39,210 bases of DNA from an uncultured Bacteroidales bacterium (GCA_964622935.1 CAZUQY010000002.1:1-39210); one strand, 5' to 3'; positions 28,360 to 37,682 are shown, numbered from the stretch's first letter. Notes: a model not told the origin generated them from the sequence alone. Translations and numbers: made by a program.

Positions 28360-29391
28360 TTATTCATTCATCAGCTTATATAAAGCATCCAATTTAGGAG
28401 TAAGAATAATTTCGGTTCTTCTGTTTTTAGCTCTGGCTTCTGAAGTTTCAGAAGCATCTATCGGCAAATATGAACTTCTACCTGCTGCAGTCAATCTTAC
28501 AGGATTGATGCTTGAGTTCTCAAGTAATATTTTAACAATGGCAGTTGCTCTTTTAACACTAAGATCCCAATTATCTTGGATGTTCCCATTTCCACCATAT
28601 GAAAGATCGTCGGTATGACCTTCAATCATGATATTAATATCTGGATTTTCTTCAAGAACTCCGGCAAGCTTATTTAATGCCTGAACACCTTTAGGATCAA
28701 CATCCCACTTTCCTGATTTAAAGAGAAGTTGTTCTTCAAGTGAAACATAAACTTTTCCATCTTTCATAGTAACAGTTAACCCATTACCTTCAAAATTAAC
28801 TAAAGCATCTGCAACAATCTGACGTAATGCATTCATAACTGAGTCTTTTGCATTGAGAATTGCTTGCAACTCTTCAACTTTAGCATTTTTCGCTGCAAGT
28901 TCTTTCTCTTTTAAATCAATCTGAATTTTCATTGCATCTAAATTTGCTCTTTCTTGATTTAAATTTGCTTCAAGTGAACGCAATTCATCCTCTTTTCTTT
29001 GCAATTCTTCGCGTGTTTCCTGTAATAATGCCATAGCTTTTTGTGCATTGGCATCGGCTCCAGCTCTTAATTTCTCCTGATTTTCGAGCATCTGTTGATA
29101 TAACTCATTAATTTTATCATACTGTACTGTCAGTGTACGATATGCATTTCCTTTTATAGCTGTATCCGTTATCAAAGCACTTTGGCCAATTCTTAACTTA
29201 TCAAGTTCTGCTTGCAACTCATTGTTGGAGGTTGTCAAGGTTTCGTTATCTTTTTTGAGTTCGTTACGTTCGGCTTCACATGTTTCTTTCTTTTCTTTAA
29301 CTTCTTCAAATTGTCTTGCAGGCACACAGGAAAAAACTAATCCTATAAATGCAAATCCGATAGATAATCTTATCCAGCTTTTACTTCTCAT
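28360..29391 (-). CDS. OmpA/MotB-domain lipoprotein with long coiled-coil
   Basis: 343-aa ORF. Lipoprotein signal ...FIGLVFSC. About 170 aa are heptad-rich (E/K/L/Q). The C-terminal OmpA_C-like domain reads ...IEGHTDD...NWDLSVKRA...NRRTEI. Confidence 0.85.
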   Translation of the reverse strand: MRSKSWIRLSIGFAFIGLVFSCVPARQFEEVKEKKETCEAERNELKKDNETLTTSNNELQAELDKLRIGQSALITDTAIKGNAYRTLTVQYDKINELYQQMLENQEKLRAGADANAQKAMALLQETREELQRKEDELRSLEANLNQERANLDAMKIQIDLKEKELAAKNAKVEELQAILNAKDSVMNALRQIVADALVNFEGNGLTVTMKDGKVYVSLEEQLLFKSGKWDVDPKGVQALNKLAGVLEENPDINIMIEGHTDDLSYGGNGNIQDNWDLSVKRATAIVKILLENSSINPVRLTAAGRSSYLPIDASETSEARAKNRRTEIILTPKLDALYKLMNE

Positions 29392-29513
29392 GGCTCTAAA
29401 GTTTAATTTATTTTACAAAAATAACCAAGTTATTCAAAAAAGAACCAAGTGCAAGCAATTTTTATTTACATAGCACTGTTAACTTTTTTATCTGATATAA
29501 ACATAAAAAGTGT

Positions 29514-29521
29514 TATTTTTG
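29514..29521 (+). promoter_or_regulatory. -7 promoter box (TATTTTTG) for dxs
   Basis: Exact TAnnTTTG match only 12 nt upstream of the dxs ATG, implying a very short leader. Confidence 0.45.
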
Positions 29522-29533
29522 TTCCATTAGATT

Positions 29534-31456
29534 ATGATAGACATTAAAAAATATAAATTGCTGAGCAAAGTTGACTCTCCTGATGATCTGAAAAAGATTG
29601 ATTTAAAGGACATACCTAAACTATGTGAGGAGTTAAGATGTTTTATTATTGAAAGTGCATCAAAAAACCCGGGACATTTTGGAGCAAGCCTTGGTGTAGT
29701 TGAGTTAACTGTTGCACTGCATTATGCATATAACACACCAAAAGATAAAATAGTTTGGGATGTTGGACACCAAGCTTATGGTCATAAAATATTGACTGGA
29801 AGACGTGACTTATTTTACACAAACAGAAGTTACAAAGGAATTAGTGGATTCCCATCTCCTAAAGAAAGTAATCATGACAGCTTTGGAGTAGGGCATTCTT
29901 CTACAAGCATATCAGCTGCATTAGGAATGGCTGTTGCATCAAAAATTAAAGGAGAAAAGAATCAAACAATTGCTATAATTGGTGACGGAGCTTTAACTGG
30001 CGGTATGGCATTTGAAGGTCTTAACAATGCTGCCTCAACACAAAGCAATGTGCTCATAATTTTAAATGACAATAAAATTGCAATTGATGAAAGTACAGGA
30101 GCACTTAAGGAATATCTAACAGATATTGCGACCTCCAAAACATACAACAGAGTTAAAGATGATGTTTGGAATTTCTTAGGACGAATAAACAGACTCGGAG
30201 CAAATGTTCAAGGATTTACTCAAAAAATTGACAATGCTATTAAGTCAATTATCATGAGAAACAGCAATTTGTTCGAATCCTTGAATATCAGATATTTTGG
30301 TCCCATCGACGGGCATGACGTTGTTTTGCTTTCAAAACTTCTTAACGATATTAAAGACATACCCGGTCCAAAGCTATTGCACGTAATAACAAAAAAAGGT
30401 AAAGGGTTTAAAGAGGCTGAAAAGAATCAAACGATGTGGCATGCTGCGCCAGGAAAATTTGATATTGCAACCGGAAAACTAATCGAAACGAAGAAAAACG
30501 AAAATCAACCACAAAAATATCAAGACATTTTTGGAGATGCAATTATTAAACTTGCAAAAGAAAATCCGAAAATTGTAGCAATTACTCCTGCAATGTTATC
30601 AGGTAGCTCATTATTGAAAATGCAAAAAGAATTTCCCAAAAGATGTTTTGATGTCGGAATAGCAGAACAACATGCTGTTACATTTGCTGCAGGAATGGCA
30701 ATAAATGGATTAAAACCCTTCTGCAATATTTATAGCACTTTTTTGCAAAGAGCATATGACCAAATAATCCACGATGTTGCATTACAGAATTTACCGGTAA
30801 TTATGTGTCTCGATAGAGCTGGATTAGTTGGAAATGACGGAGCTACTCATCATGGTGCATTTGACATTTCTTTTCTTAGATGTATTCCAAATTTGGTTAT
30901 TGCAGCTCCGAGAAATGAATTTCAACTTCGAGATTTAATGTACACAGCTCAACTCGAAAAAAGCAATTTTCCATTTATTATAAGATACCCAAGAGGTCTA
31001 TCGACCCAGAAGCCATCTGAAATCAAGTTTAATGAAATTCAAATAGGCAAAGGACAATGCTTAAAGAAAGGCGAAAACATTGCAATCATTAGCATTGGAA
31101 CACCTGGCAATACCGCGCTTGAACTTGCCAATGAAATGCAAAAAGAAAACATCAATTTATCTGTATATGATATGATTTTTGTTAAACCCTTAGATATGAC
31201 TCTTTTACATGAAATATTCGAAACTCACGAACATGTAATTTCAATAGAAGATAATTCTTTAGCAGGTGGCTTTGGAAGCTCATTAGCAGAAATTATTTCA
31301 GATAAAAATTACAATATAAAACTTACCAGATTAGGTATTCCGGACAAATTTATCGAACACGGAACTCAAGCGCAACTAATAACTGATTGCGGATATGATT
31401 ATACTTATTTACTAAACACTGTTAAAAAAATCTCCAATTCATTTATAAAGTGTTAG
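29534..31456 (+). CDS. dxs: 1-deoxy-D-xylulose-5-phosphate synthase
   Basis: 640-aa ORF. GHFGASLG, GHQAYGHKILTGR and IGDGALTGGMAFE (ThDP) motifs. Confidence 0.96.
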   Translation: MIDIKKYKLLSKVDSPDDLKKIDLKDIPKLCEELRCFIIESASKNPGHFGASLGVVELTVALHYAYNTPKDKIVWDVGHQAYGHKILTGRRDLFYTNRSYKGISGFPSPKESNHDSFGVGHSSTSISAALGMAVASKIKGEKNQTIAIIGDGALTGGMAFEGLNNAASTQSNVLIILNDNKIAIDESTGALKEYLTDIATSKTYNRVKDDVWNFLGRINRLGANVQGFTQKIDNAIKSIIMRNSNLFESLNIRYFGPIDGHDVVLLSKLLNDIKDIPGPKLLHVITKKGKGFKEAEKNQTMWHAAPGKFDIATGKLIETKKNENQPQKYQDIFGDAIIKLAKENPKIVAITPAMLSGSSLLKMQKEFPKRCFDVGIAEQHAVTFAAGMAINGLKPFCNIYSTFLQRAYDQIIHDVALQNLPVIMCLDRAGLVGNDGATHHGAFDISFLRCIPNLVIAAPRNEFQLRDLMYTAQLEKSNFPFIIRYPRGLSTQKPSEIKFNEIQIGKGQCLKKGENIAIISIGTPGNTALELANEMQKENINLSVYDMIFVKPLDMTLLHEIFETHEHVISIEDNSLAGGFGSSLAEIISDKNYNIKLTRLGIPDKFIEHGTQAQLITDCGYDYTYLLNTVKKISNSFIKC

Positions 31457-31502
31457 TAAAAAAACATATCTTTACGTCTAATATAAAAACAAATTCTGTC
31501 GC

Positions 31503-34178
31503 ATGAGAAAATTTTTACTAATTATAGCAAGCATAATTATTGCCCAACTTGCTATTGCACAGGATATTAGCCCGGACAGAACTTTCGTCAATTATTTTTA
31601 TGACGCTGAAGCATACATGTATGAAGGGAATTATGATATGGCCCTAGATTTGCTTCTTAAACTCGAAGAGATAGACCCAGACAATCCAAATTTATGGTAT
31701 AAAATAGGATTGTGCTACCTAAATACACGTTTATATAAAACCAAAGCTGAAGCATACCTTGAAAAAGCTATTGATTATGCTAATCCAAATTACAAAGCTG
31801 ACAATCATCGTGAAAAAAGTACGCCCCTTGAATCTTATCTTTATCTAGGTATTGCCTACAGAATGAACTATGAATTTGAGTTAAGTCTTCAGACATTTTA
31901 TGACCTTAGAGAAAAGCTTGATCCTTCAAATGTTGAAGACAAATACATGATTGAACTAATTGAACGAGAAGAAGAGGTTACCAATAATGCAATTTACAAT
32001 TATGAGAATCCTGTAGATGCACAACTTCGCAATCTAGGGTCAGTAATAAATTCAGAATATGCAGATCACTCCCCAATAGTTGATTTAAATGAGAGCATGT
32101 TAATATTTACCTCAAAAAGACCTAAAGAAAGTGAAGAACGTGAAAATCAAGATGAGGATGTTTTTATTTCGAAAAGCAGTAACTATAAATGGGGCAGTCC
32201 AACTAGACTAATCGAACCAGTCAACACAGAAATTAACAACGAAGCTGCTATTGGTCTTTCAACAAGCGGAAAACAGATGTTCTTCTTCAGATCAGGCATG
32301 AACAACGCAGGTAACGTATTTGTAACAGAATCTGAAGATGGCTACAACTGGTCAAATCCAAAATATCTTAGAGAAGACGTTAATTCAAAATATCGAGAAA
32401 CTCATGCAACTATCACCCCTGATGGAAATTCACTTTTCTTTACTAGTGATAGAAAAGGTGGTTTTGGGGGCTCAGATATTTATGTGATGAGAAAACTTCC
32501 AAATAAGAAATGGAGTAAACCACAATTATTGCCTGAACAAGTTAATTCACCTTACGATGAAGAGTCTCCATTTGTTCATCCAGACGGAGTAACTTTATTA
32601 TTCAGTTCAAAGGGTCATTCAACAATGGGAGGTTATGATGTTTTTTCCACTACTATGGATAAAAGCGGAACGTTTTCCGAACCCGTTAACCTTGGTTATC
32701 CAATAAATACTCCTGACGATGATGTTTCCTATGTTATGAATATGGATGGACGTAGAGGATATATTGCTACCGTTAAAGATGATGGTTATGGAGACCTTGA
32801 TTTATACGAAGTCCTCCAATCTGGTATTTATGACAACAACCTGATCGTTTACGATGGAATTGTTTCTGATATTAACAACAACATTCCTGAAGGATTAATT
32901 ATTGCAGTTAGAGATGTTAAAACAGAAGAATATGTAGGTATATACAGACCTAACAAATCAGATGGTCGTTATCTGCTTGTATTACTACCAGATATTACAT
33001 ATGAAATATCTTATGAGGCTGCAGGCCATCTTATTCATTCAATAGAACATACTCCTTCAGCCGAAGATGTTGATATTTTTACAACTGAGTTCTTACCTAT
33101 AGAATTAGATCCAGTTTTACTACAAGCTTATCTTATGCATGATATAGTCTATTTCGATGAAGATGATACTAGACTCGATGATGAAGCTGTAAGAATTCTA
33201 AATAAAGTAAAAACAAAAGCAGATGAGTGGAATCAGGATGCTGGTCATATGATAATAAATCTAAACCTTCCTGTTATTGGTGCAGATCCTGTAACTGATG
33301 CAGAAAGATCAGATGCAATTATTGATTATCTAGTTAATATTGGAATTAAAAGGGATGACATTTATTTAAATGGATCTTATCCTGAAGGATATCAGGATGT
33401 TTACGGACTTGATATGAGAGAGAGAAGAGAATTCCTTGTTGACAACAATCTACCGGTAACAGATACACAAACAGTAGCTCATGGAAAAGTTATAGTCGAA
33501 AACATCCTATTTGACTTTGACAAATCAAATATCAGATCAGAATACTATAAAAACTTGAATATGCTAGCAGATTATATGAATAATAATCCAAATGCACAAA
33601 TTCAAATTGCTGGACATACAGACTGGTTTGGAACTAATGAGTACAACTATCTACTATCATACCGTCGTTCAAAAACAGTTAAAGATTATTTAGTTTCCAA
33701 AGGAAATAATCCTGAAAACATTATTACCTTTAAATACGGTGAAGATGATCCAATTGCAAACAATGCAAATGCTGATGGATCTGACAACCCAATCGGAAGA
33801 AGATATAATCGTAGAGCAATGTTTAAAGTCATTTCACAGGGAAGCGTTAATTTGCTAGAAGTAAAACCATTTGATTTCGATTTACTTGCAAACGGCAACT
33901 CCAACCCTGTTGATGTAAACAATAATAACAACAACAATAATTCTAACCAGGTTAGTGACGGTAAAAAATACACCATTCAAATTTTTGCACTTAAAAACGA
34001 AAAGTCAATGAATTACTTTGCTGATTTAGTTGGAGTAAAAATGCATGTTGAAGATGGATGGTATAGATACTATGTTGGGGAATTTAATTCATACAACGAA
34101 GCTAAATTTGCAATGAATAACCTAAAAGCTATGGGTTACAATCCGTTCATAAGGAAATTGAGCTTCTTTGAAAAATAA
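31503..34178 (+). CDS. Secreted multidomain envelope protein: TPR, TolB-like PD40 repeats, OmpA_C domain, poly-Asn linker, SPOR domain
   Basis: 891-aa ORF with these elements:
- signal peptide MRKFLLIIASIIIAQLAIAQ;
- TPR-like N-terminus;
- PD40-type repeats (..P.fs.DG..l.FtS.R.gg.G..DiY);
- OmpA-like segment FDFDKSNIR...IAGHTDW.G...YN..LS.RRS...;
- N8 run;
- C-terminal SPOR-like segment YTIQIFALKNE...GWYRYYVGEFNSYNEA. Confidence 0.8.
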   Translation: MRKFLLIIASIIIAQLAIAQDISPDRTFVNYFYDAEAYMYEGNYDMALDLLLKLEEIDPDNPNLWYKIGLCYLNTRLYKTKAEAYLEKAIDYANPNYKADNHREKSTPLESYLYLGIAYRMNYEFELSLQTFYDLREKLDPSNVEDKYMIELIEREEEVTNNAIYNYENPVDAQLRNLGSVINSEYADHSPIVDLNESMLIFTSKRPKESEERENQDEDVFISKSSNYKWGSPTRLIEPVNTEINNEAAIGLSTSGKQMFFFRSGMNNAGNVFVTESEDGYNWSNPKYLREDVNSKYRETHATITPDGNSLFFTSDRKGGFGGSDIYVMRKLPNKKWSKPQLLPEQVNSPYDEESPFVHPDGVTLLFSSKGHSTMGGYDVFSTTMDKSGTFSEPVNLGYPINTPDDDVSYVMNMDGRRGYIATVKDDGYGDLDLYEVLQSGIYDNNLIVYDGIVSDINNNIPEGLIIAVRDVKTEEYVGIYRPNKSDGRYLLVLLPDITYEISYEAAGHLIHSIEHTPSAEDVDIFTTEFLPIELDPVLLQAYLMHDIVYFDEDDTRLDDEAVRILNKVKTKADEWNQDAGHMIINLNLPVIGADPVTDAERSDAIIDYLVNIGIKRDDIYLNGSYPEGYQDVYGLDMRERREFLVDNNLPVTDTQTVAHGKVIVENILFDFDKSNIRSEYYKNLNMLADYMNNNPNAQIQIAGHTDWFGTNEYNYLLSYRRSKTVKDYLVSKGNNPENIITFKYGEDDPIANNANADGSDNPIGRRYNRRAMFKVISQGSVNLLEVKPFDFDLLANGNSNPVDVNNNNNNNNSNQVSDGKKYTIQIFALKNEKSMNYFADLVGVKMHVEDGWYRYYVGEFNSYNEAKFAMNNLKAMGYNPFIRKLSFFEK

Positions 34179-34202
34179 TAATTGAATTGAGGGGCAATAG
34201 GA

Positions 34203-36146
34203 TTAAATAATAACCCTGCCCTGAAATTCTGACAATTTCTTTATCACTTCATTTGTTGTACCAATCTGACCAAGTATTTCCTGTAGGTCTTCTTTGTTTC
34301 CACTATCTTTTGCAGATTTGAGTTTTTTCTGCAATTCTTTTTTTGCTTCTTTAACAATATTCAATTTATATTTAATAAAAAGATCTTCTAACACTTCATT
34401 CAGTTTCTTTTCCTCTTCAACCATGCGAGCTCCGCGCTTTTCCCACATTGGGCTTAACTGATACTTTATTGAGCAAAGATTAGCAGATAGCTGACTTATC
34501 TCTGGATCTGGATGCTGAGTAAAGAACTCAGGATGAATCTCACGATTATCATTAATTATTTCTTCGGCAAGAATAAATATCTTTTGATTTATTATATTCT
34601 TCATTTCAAGCTCATCATTTCGCAGCTGATCAATTATATAATCAGCAACTATGATTTCTACCTTCTCATTTGTTTCCCTGTTTAAAAATACAGCAGTCTG
34701 GTTTCCATACAATAAAAACAATCTGATTATTTCCTGTTCTTGCGCCTCAAAATAGACTTTATCGATAAATGAAGGTACTGCAGGAATATTTTTAGCTCCA
34801 GGGGCAGATAAGAAACTTGCATCCTTTTTCTTTATCTCATCAATTTTCTTACGTGTAAACTTTGCAACCTCTGCATAAATAACGGTCTCACTTATATTCA
34901 TAATATGACTACATTCCTGAATATAAACTGACTGTTTAATTTTATCATCAATAACAGAGATTGACCTAACAATATCAGTAATAAGAGTCGATCTTTTAAT
35001 AGGATCATTCTTTGCTTCTTCGTTAAGCAATCGAGTTTTAAAACTAATAAAATCCTGCTCGTTTTCATCAATATAAGCTATCGTTTCAGAACTAGAATGT
35101 TTTCTTGAAAATGAATCCGGGTCCTCTCCTTCTGGAAACAACAGTACTCTAACATTAAGCCCTTGTTCCAAAAGCATATCGATACCACGTAAAGAAGCTT
35201 TAATACCGGCAGGGTCACCGTCATAAAGAATCGTAACATCATTTGTAAACCTATGTATTAACCGAATTTGGTCCTCAGTTAAAGACGTTCCTGAAGATGC
35301 AACTACATTTCTGATGTCTGCCATAAACAATGACAATACATCAGTATAACCTTCTACCAGAAAGCATTTAGCTTTTTTTACAATTTCCTGTTTTGCTTGA
35401 AACAAACCATAAAGCACCTTGCTTTTATTGTATATTGGCGACTCTGGAGAGTTAAGATACTTTGCAATCTTTTTATCTGTTTTTAACGTTCTACCTCCAA
35501 AACCAATAATCTGACCAGACAACCCATAAATCGGAAAAATAACCCTACCGGCAAATCGATCAAAACTATAATTGTCTTTTACTATGCTAAGTCCGGTTTT
35601 GTCTAGATATTCTAATTTATATCCATTTTTCAATGCCGACTGCGTAAGGGCATCTCTAGTTTCAGGACTGTAACCAAGCTTAAATTCCTTAATAATACTT
35701 TCGTTAAATCCCCTCTCCCTAAAATAACTTAACCCTATATCAACACCTTCGTCTGTCGCAAAAAGGTTCTCAGCAAAAAAGTCTGCAGCATAATTACTGA
35801 CTATTAACAAACTGTCTTTTTCACTACTAAGTCTTTTTTCATCGTCTGTCAATTCTCTCTCTTCAATTGCAATACCATACTTTTTGGCAAGAAACCTAAG
35901 GGCTTCAGGATAGCTAAGATGTTCATGCTCCATAATAAAATTCACAGCATTTCCACCTTTACCACAACCAAAACATTTAAAAATACCTTTTGAAGGACTT
36001 ACAGTAAATGAAGGCGTTTTTTCATTATGAAATGGACACAATCCCAAATAATTTGCTCCACGTCTTTTCAGATTAACAAAATCATTCACAACCTCCACAA
36101 TCTGTGCTGCATCAAATATTTTCGATATGGTTATCGGATCAATCAT
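34203..36146 (-). CDS. dnaG: DNA primase
   Basis: 647-aa ORF. Zinc-ribbon CPFHNEKTPSF...CFGCG, plus TOPRIM domain (EGYTDV..., DGDPAG). Confidence 0.95.
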   Translation of the reverse strand: MIDPITISKIFDAAQIVEVVNDFVNLKRRGANYLGLCPFHNEKTPSFTVSPSKGIFKCFGCGKGGNAVNFIMEHEHLSYPEALRFLAKKYGIAIEERELTDDEKRLSSEKDSLLIVSNYAADFFAENLFATDEGVDIGLSYFRERGFNESIIKEFKLGYSPETRDALTQSALKNGYKLEYLDKTGLSIVKDNYSFDRFAGRVIFPIYGLSGQIIGFGGRTLKTDKKIAKYLNSPESPIYNKSKVLYGLFQAKQEIVKKAKCFLVEGYTDVLSLFMADIRNVVASSGTSLTEDQIRLIHRFTNDVTILYDGDPAGIKASLRGIDMLLEQGLNVRVLLFPEGEDPDSFSRKHSSSETIAYIDENEQDFISFKTRLLNEEAKNDPIKRSTLITDIVRSISVIDDKIKQSVYIQECSHIMNISETVIYAEVAKFTRKKIDEIKKKDASFLSAPGAKNIPAVPSFIDKVYFEAQEQEIIRLFLLYGNQTAVFLNRETNEKVEIIVADYIIDQLRNDELEMKNIINQKIFILAEEIINDNREIHPEFFTQHPDPEISQLSANLCSIKYQLSPMWEKRGARMVEEEKKLNEVLEDLFIKYKLNIVKEAKKELQKKLKSAKDSGNKEDLQEILGQIGTTNEVIKKLSEFQGRVII

Positions 36147-36183
36147 CTGAAATTTATAAGTATACGAAGTTACAACTTTTAAT

Positions 36184-36191
36184 TATCTTTG
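36184..36191 (+). promoter_or_regulatory. -7 promoter box (TATCTTTG) for the HD-domain gene
   Basis: Exact TAnnTTTG match. It overlaps the TTG start used by the ORF track (36189), which argues for the ATG at 36219 as the real start. Confidence 0.45.
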
Positions 36192-36218
36192 ATAATAAAA
36201 TATAAATTATTTTTAAAG

Positions 36219-36884
36219 ATGTCTCTGATTTCCAATACAGAAAATTTTTCAAAAAGAACACTCACAAATGCCGAAACTGGACACAACTGGTGGCATGCTC
36301 TTAGAGTAAGAAACAATGCACTACTAATCATAAAACATGAAAAATGTAATGCAAACAAACACATAGTTGAAATAGCTTCATTACTTCATGATATTGCTGA
36401 TCGAAAAATTAATAATGGTGACGAAAAAGCAGGATTAAAAAAAATAGAATCCTTTCTTACTTCACAAAATCTTTCAATTCAACAAATTCAACACACACTC
36501 CAAATTATTAAAAACATTTCTTTTAGTAAAGAACCTGAACCAGATTTCAAACTTAGTATTGAAGGCAAAATAGTTCAGGATGCTGATAGACTTGATGCTA
36601 TAGGAGCTATCGGCATAGCAAGAGCTTTTAATTACGGAGGACATAAATCAAGGGAACTATATTTACCAGATATTAATATCAAAGGCTTTTCCAATCTTGA
36701 AGATTACAAGACAAATAGTAATCCCACAATAAATCACTTTTATGAAAAGCTTCTTCTTCTAAAAGATTTAATGAATACAAAAACTGGTGAGATTCTTGCA
36801 AACTCTAGACATAATTACATGCTATCTTTTTTAGATCAATTTTATGCAGAATGGAATGGTAACACAACAAATGAATTAGAATAA
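36219..36884 (+). CDS. HD-domain metal-dependent phosphohydrolase
   Basis: About 221 aa. H...HD (SLLHDIAD) and DADRLDAIGAIG motifs. Confidence 0.8.
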   Translation: MSLISNTENFSKRTLTNAETGHNWWHALRVRNNALLIIKHEKCNANKHIVEIASLLHDIADRKINNGDEKAGLKKIESFLTSQNLSIQQIQHTLQIIKNISFSKEPEPDFKLSIEGKIVQDADRLDAIGAIGIARAFNYGGHKSRELYLPDINIKGFSNLEDYKTNSNPTINHFYEKLLLLKDLMNTKTGEILANSRHNYMLSFLDQFYAEWNGNTTNELE

Positions 36885-36889
36885 AAGCT

Positions 36890-37669
36890 ATGAAATATTT
36901 ATTATTATGCAGTTTTACTGTCTATTTTATATTAGCGATAGTACCATTGGGGATGACTCAAGATTACATTATTCATAAAGGATCAGGTGTCAAAATATAT
37001 TTCACCACTAATGATGAAATGTTTCCAGAATCATGGAGAGGAGGCACAATTAATGGTAAAGCTACATCCCTGAAACCTTCACAATATAAAAGAAGCAAGG
37101 AGTTAATTATGTCTGCTCTTGACAAGTATCCTACAGAGTTATTAAAAGAAAATCTTGAAGAAATTTACATCCTAGATTCATTAAATTTTTATGGGCAAAA
37201 TTATGGAGGTACAAATTCTAATTATAATGTTTATGTAGTTAATACTGGTAAAGAAAATGGATATTCTGATGAGTATTTTGAACAACTCTTCCATGCTGAG
37301 TTTTCAAGCATCTTATTACGAATTCATTCAAACGATTTGTTTGAAGCTATGTGGAAAAGCAATAATAATTCTGATTTTGATTATGGACAGGGAGGTGTAG
37401 ATGAAATAATTAATGGAAAAGCAGGTACGAATTACAATGATGACTATTTTAAAGAAGGGTTTTTGTATCAATATGCAATGTCGGGAATGGAAAATGACTT
37501 CAATAGTATATCCAAAAACTTGTTTTGTCCTAATGCAAAATTTTGGAAAGAAGCTTATAATTATACAAAATTAAAGCGCAAAATTAATTCTACTATTGAT
37601 TTTTACCATAAGTTAAATGTTAATTTTACAAAAGAATATTTCAAGAGTTTCTCAAAAGATTCTGAATAA
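36890..37669 (+). CDS. Hypothetical secreted protein
   Basis: 259-aa ORF with an N-terminal hydrophobic signal. Starts 5 nt after the HD gene stop. No confident family assignment. Confidence 0.6.
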   Translation: MKYLLLCSFTVYFILAIVPLGMTQDYIIHKGSGVKIYFTTNDEMFPESWRGGTINGKATSLKPSQYKRSKELIMSALDKYPTELLKENLEEIYILDSLNFYGQNYGGTNSNYNVYVVNTGKENGYSDEYFEQLFHAEFSSILLRIHSNDLFEAMWKSNNNSDFDYGQGGVDEIINGKAGTNYNDDYFKEGFLYQYAMSGMENDFNSISKNLFCPNAKFWKEAYNYTKLKRKINSTIDFYHKLNVNFTKEYFKSFSKDSE

Positions 37670-37682
37670 CTTATTTCAGAAT
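37659..37682. repeat. Inverted repeat spanning the stop codons of two convergent genes
   Basis: ATTCTGAATAA (37659-37669) / C / TTATTTCAGAAT (37671-37682): 11 bp with one bulged T. Both stop codons (37667-37669 on +, 37671-37673 on -) lie inside the arms. Confidence 0.7.

Noticed and set aside
36161-36172. TATACGAAGTTA, a 12/13 match to one 13-bp arm of loxP, in the dnaG/HD-gene spacer.
   Set aside because: Only a single half-site is present. The 8-nt spacer and the second arm (ATAACTTCGTATA) are absent upstream and downstream. There is no recombinase or engineering scar nearby, so this is most likely a chance match in AT-rich DNA.
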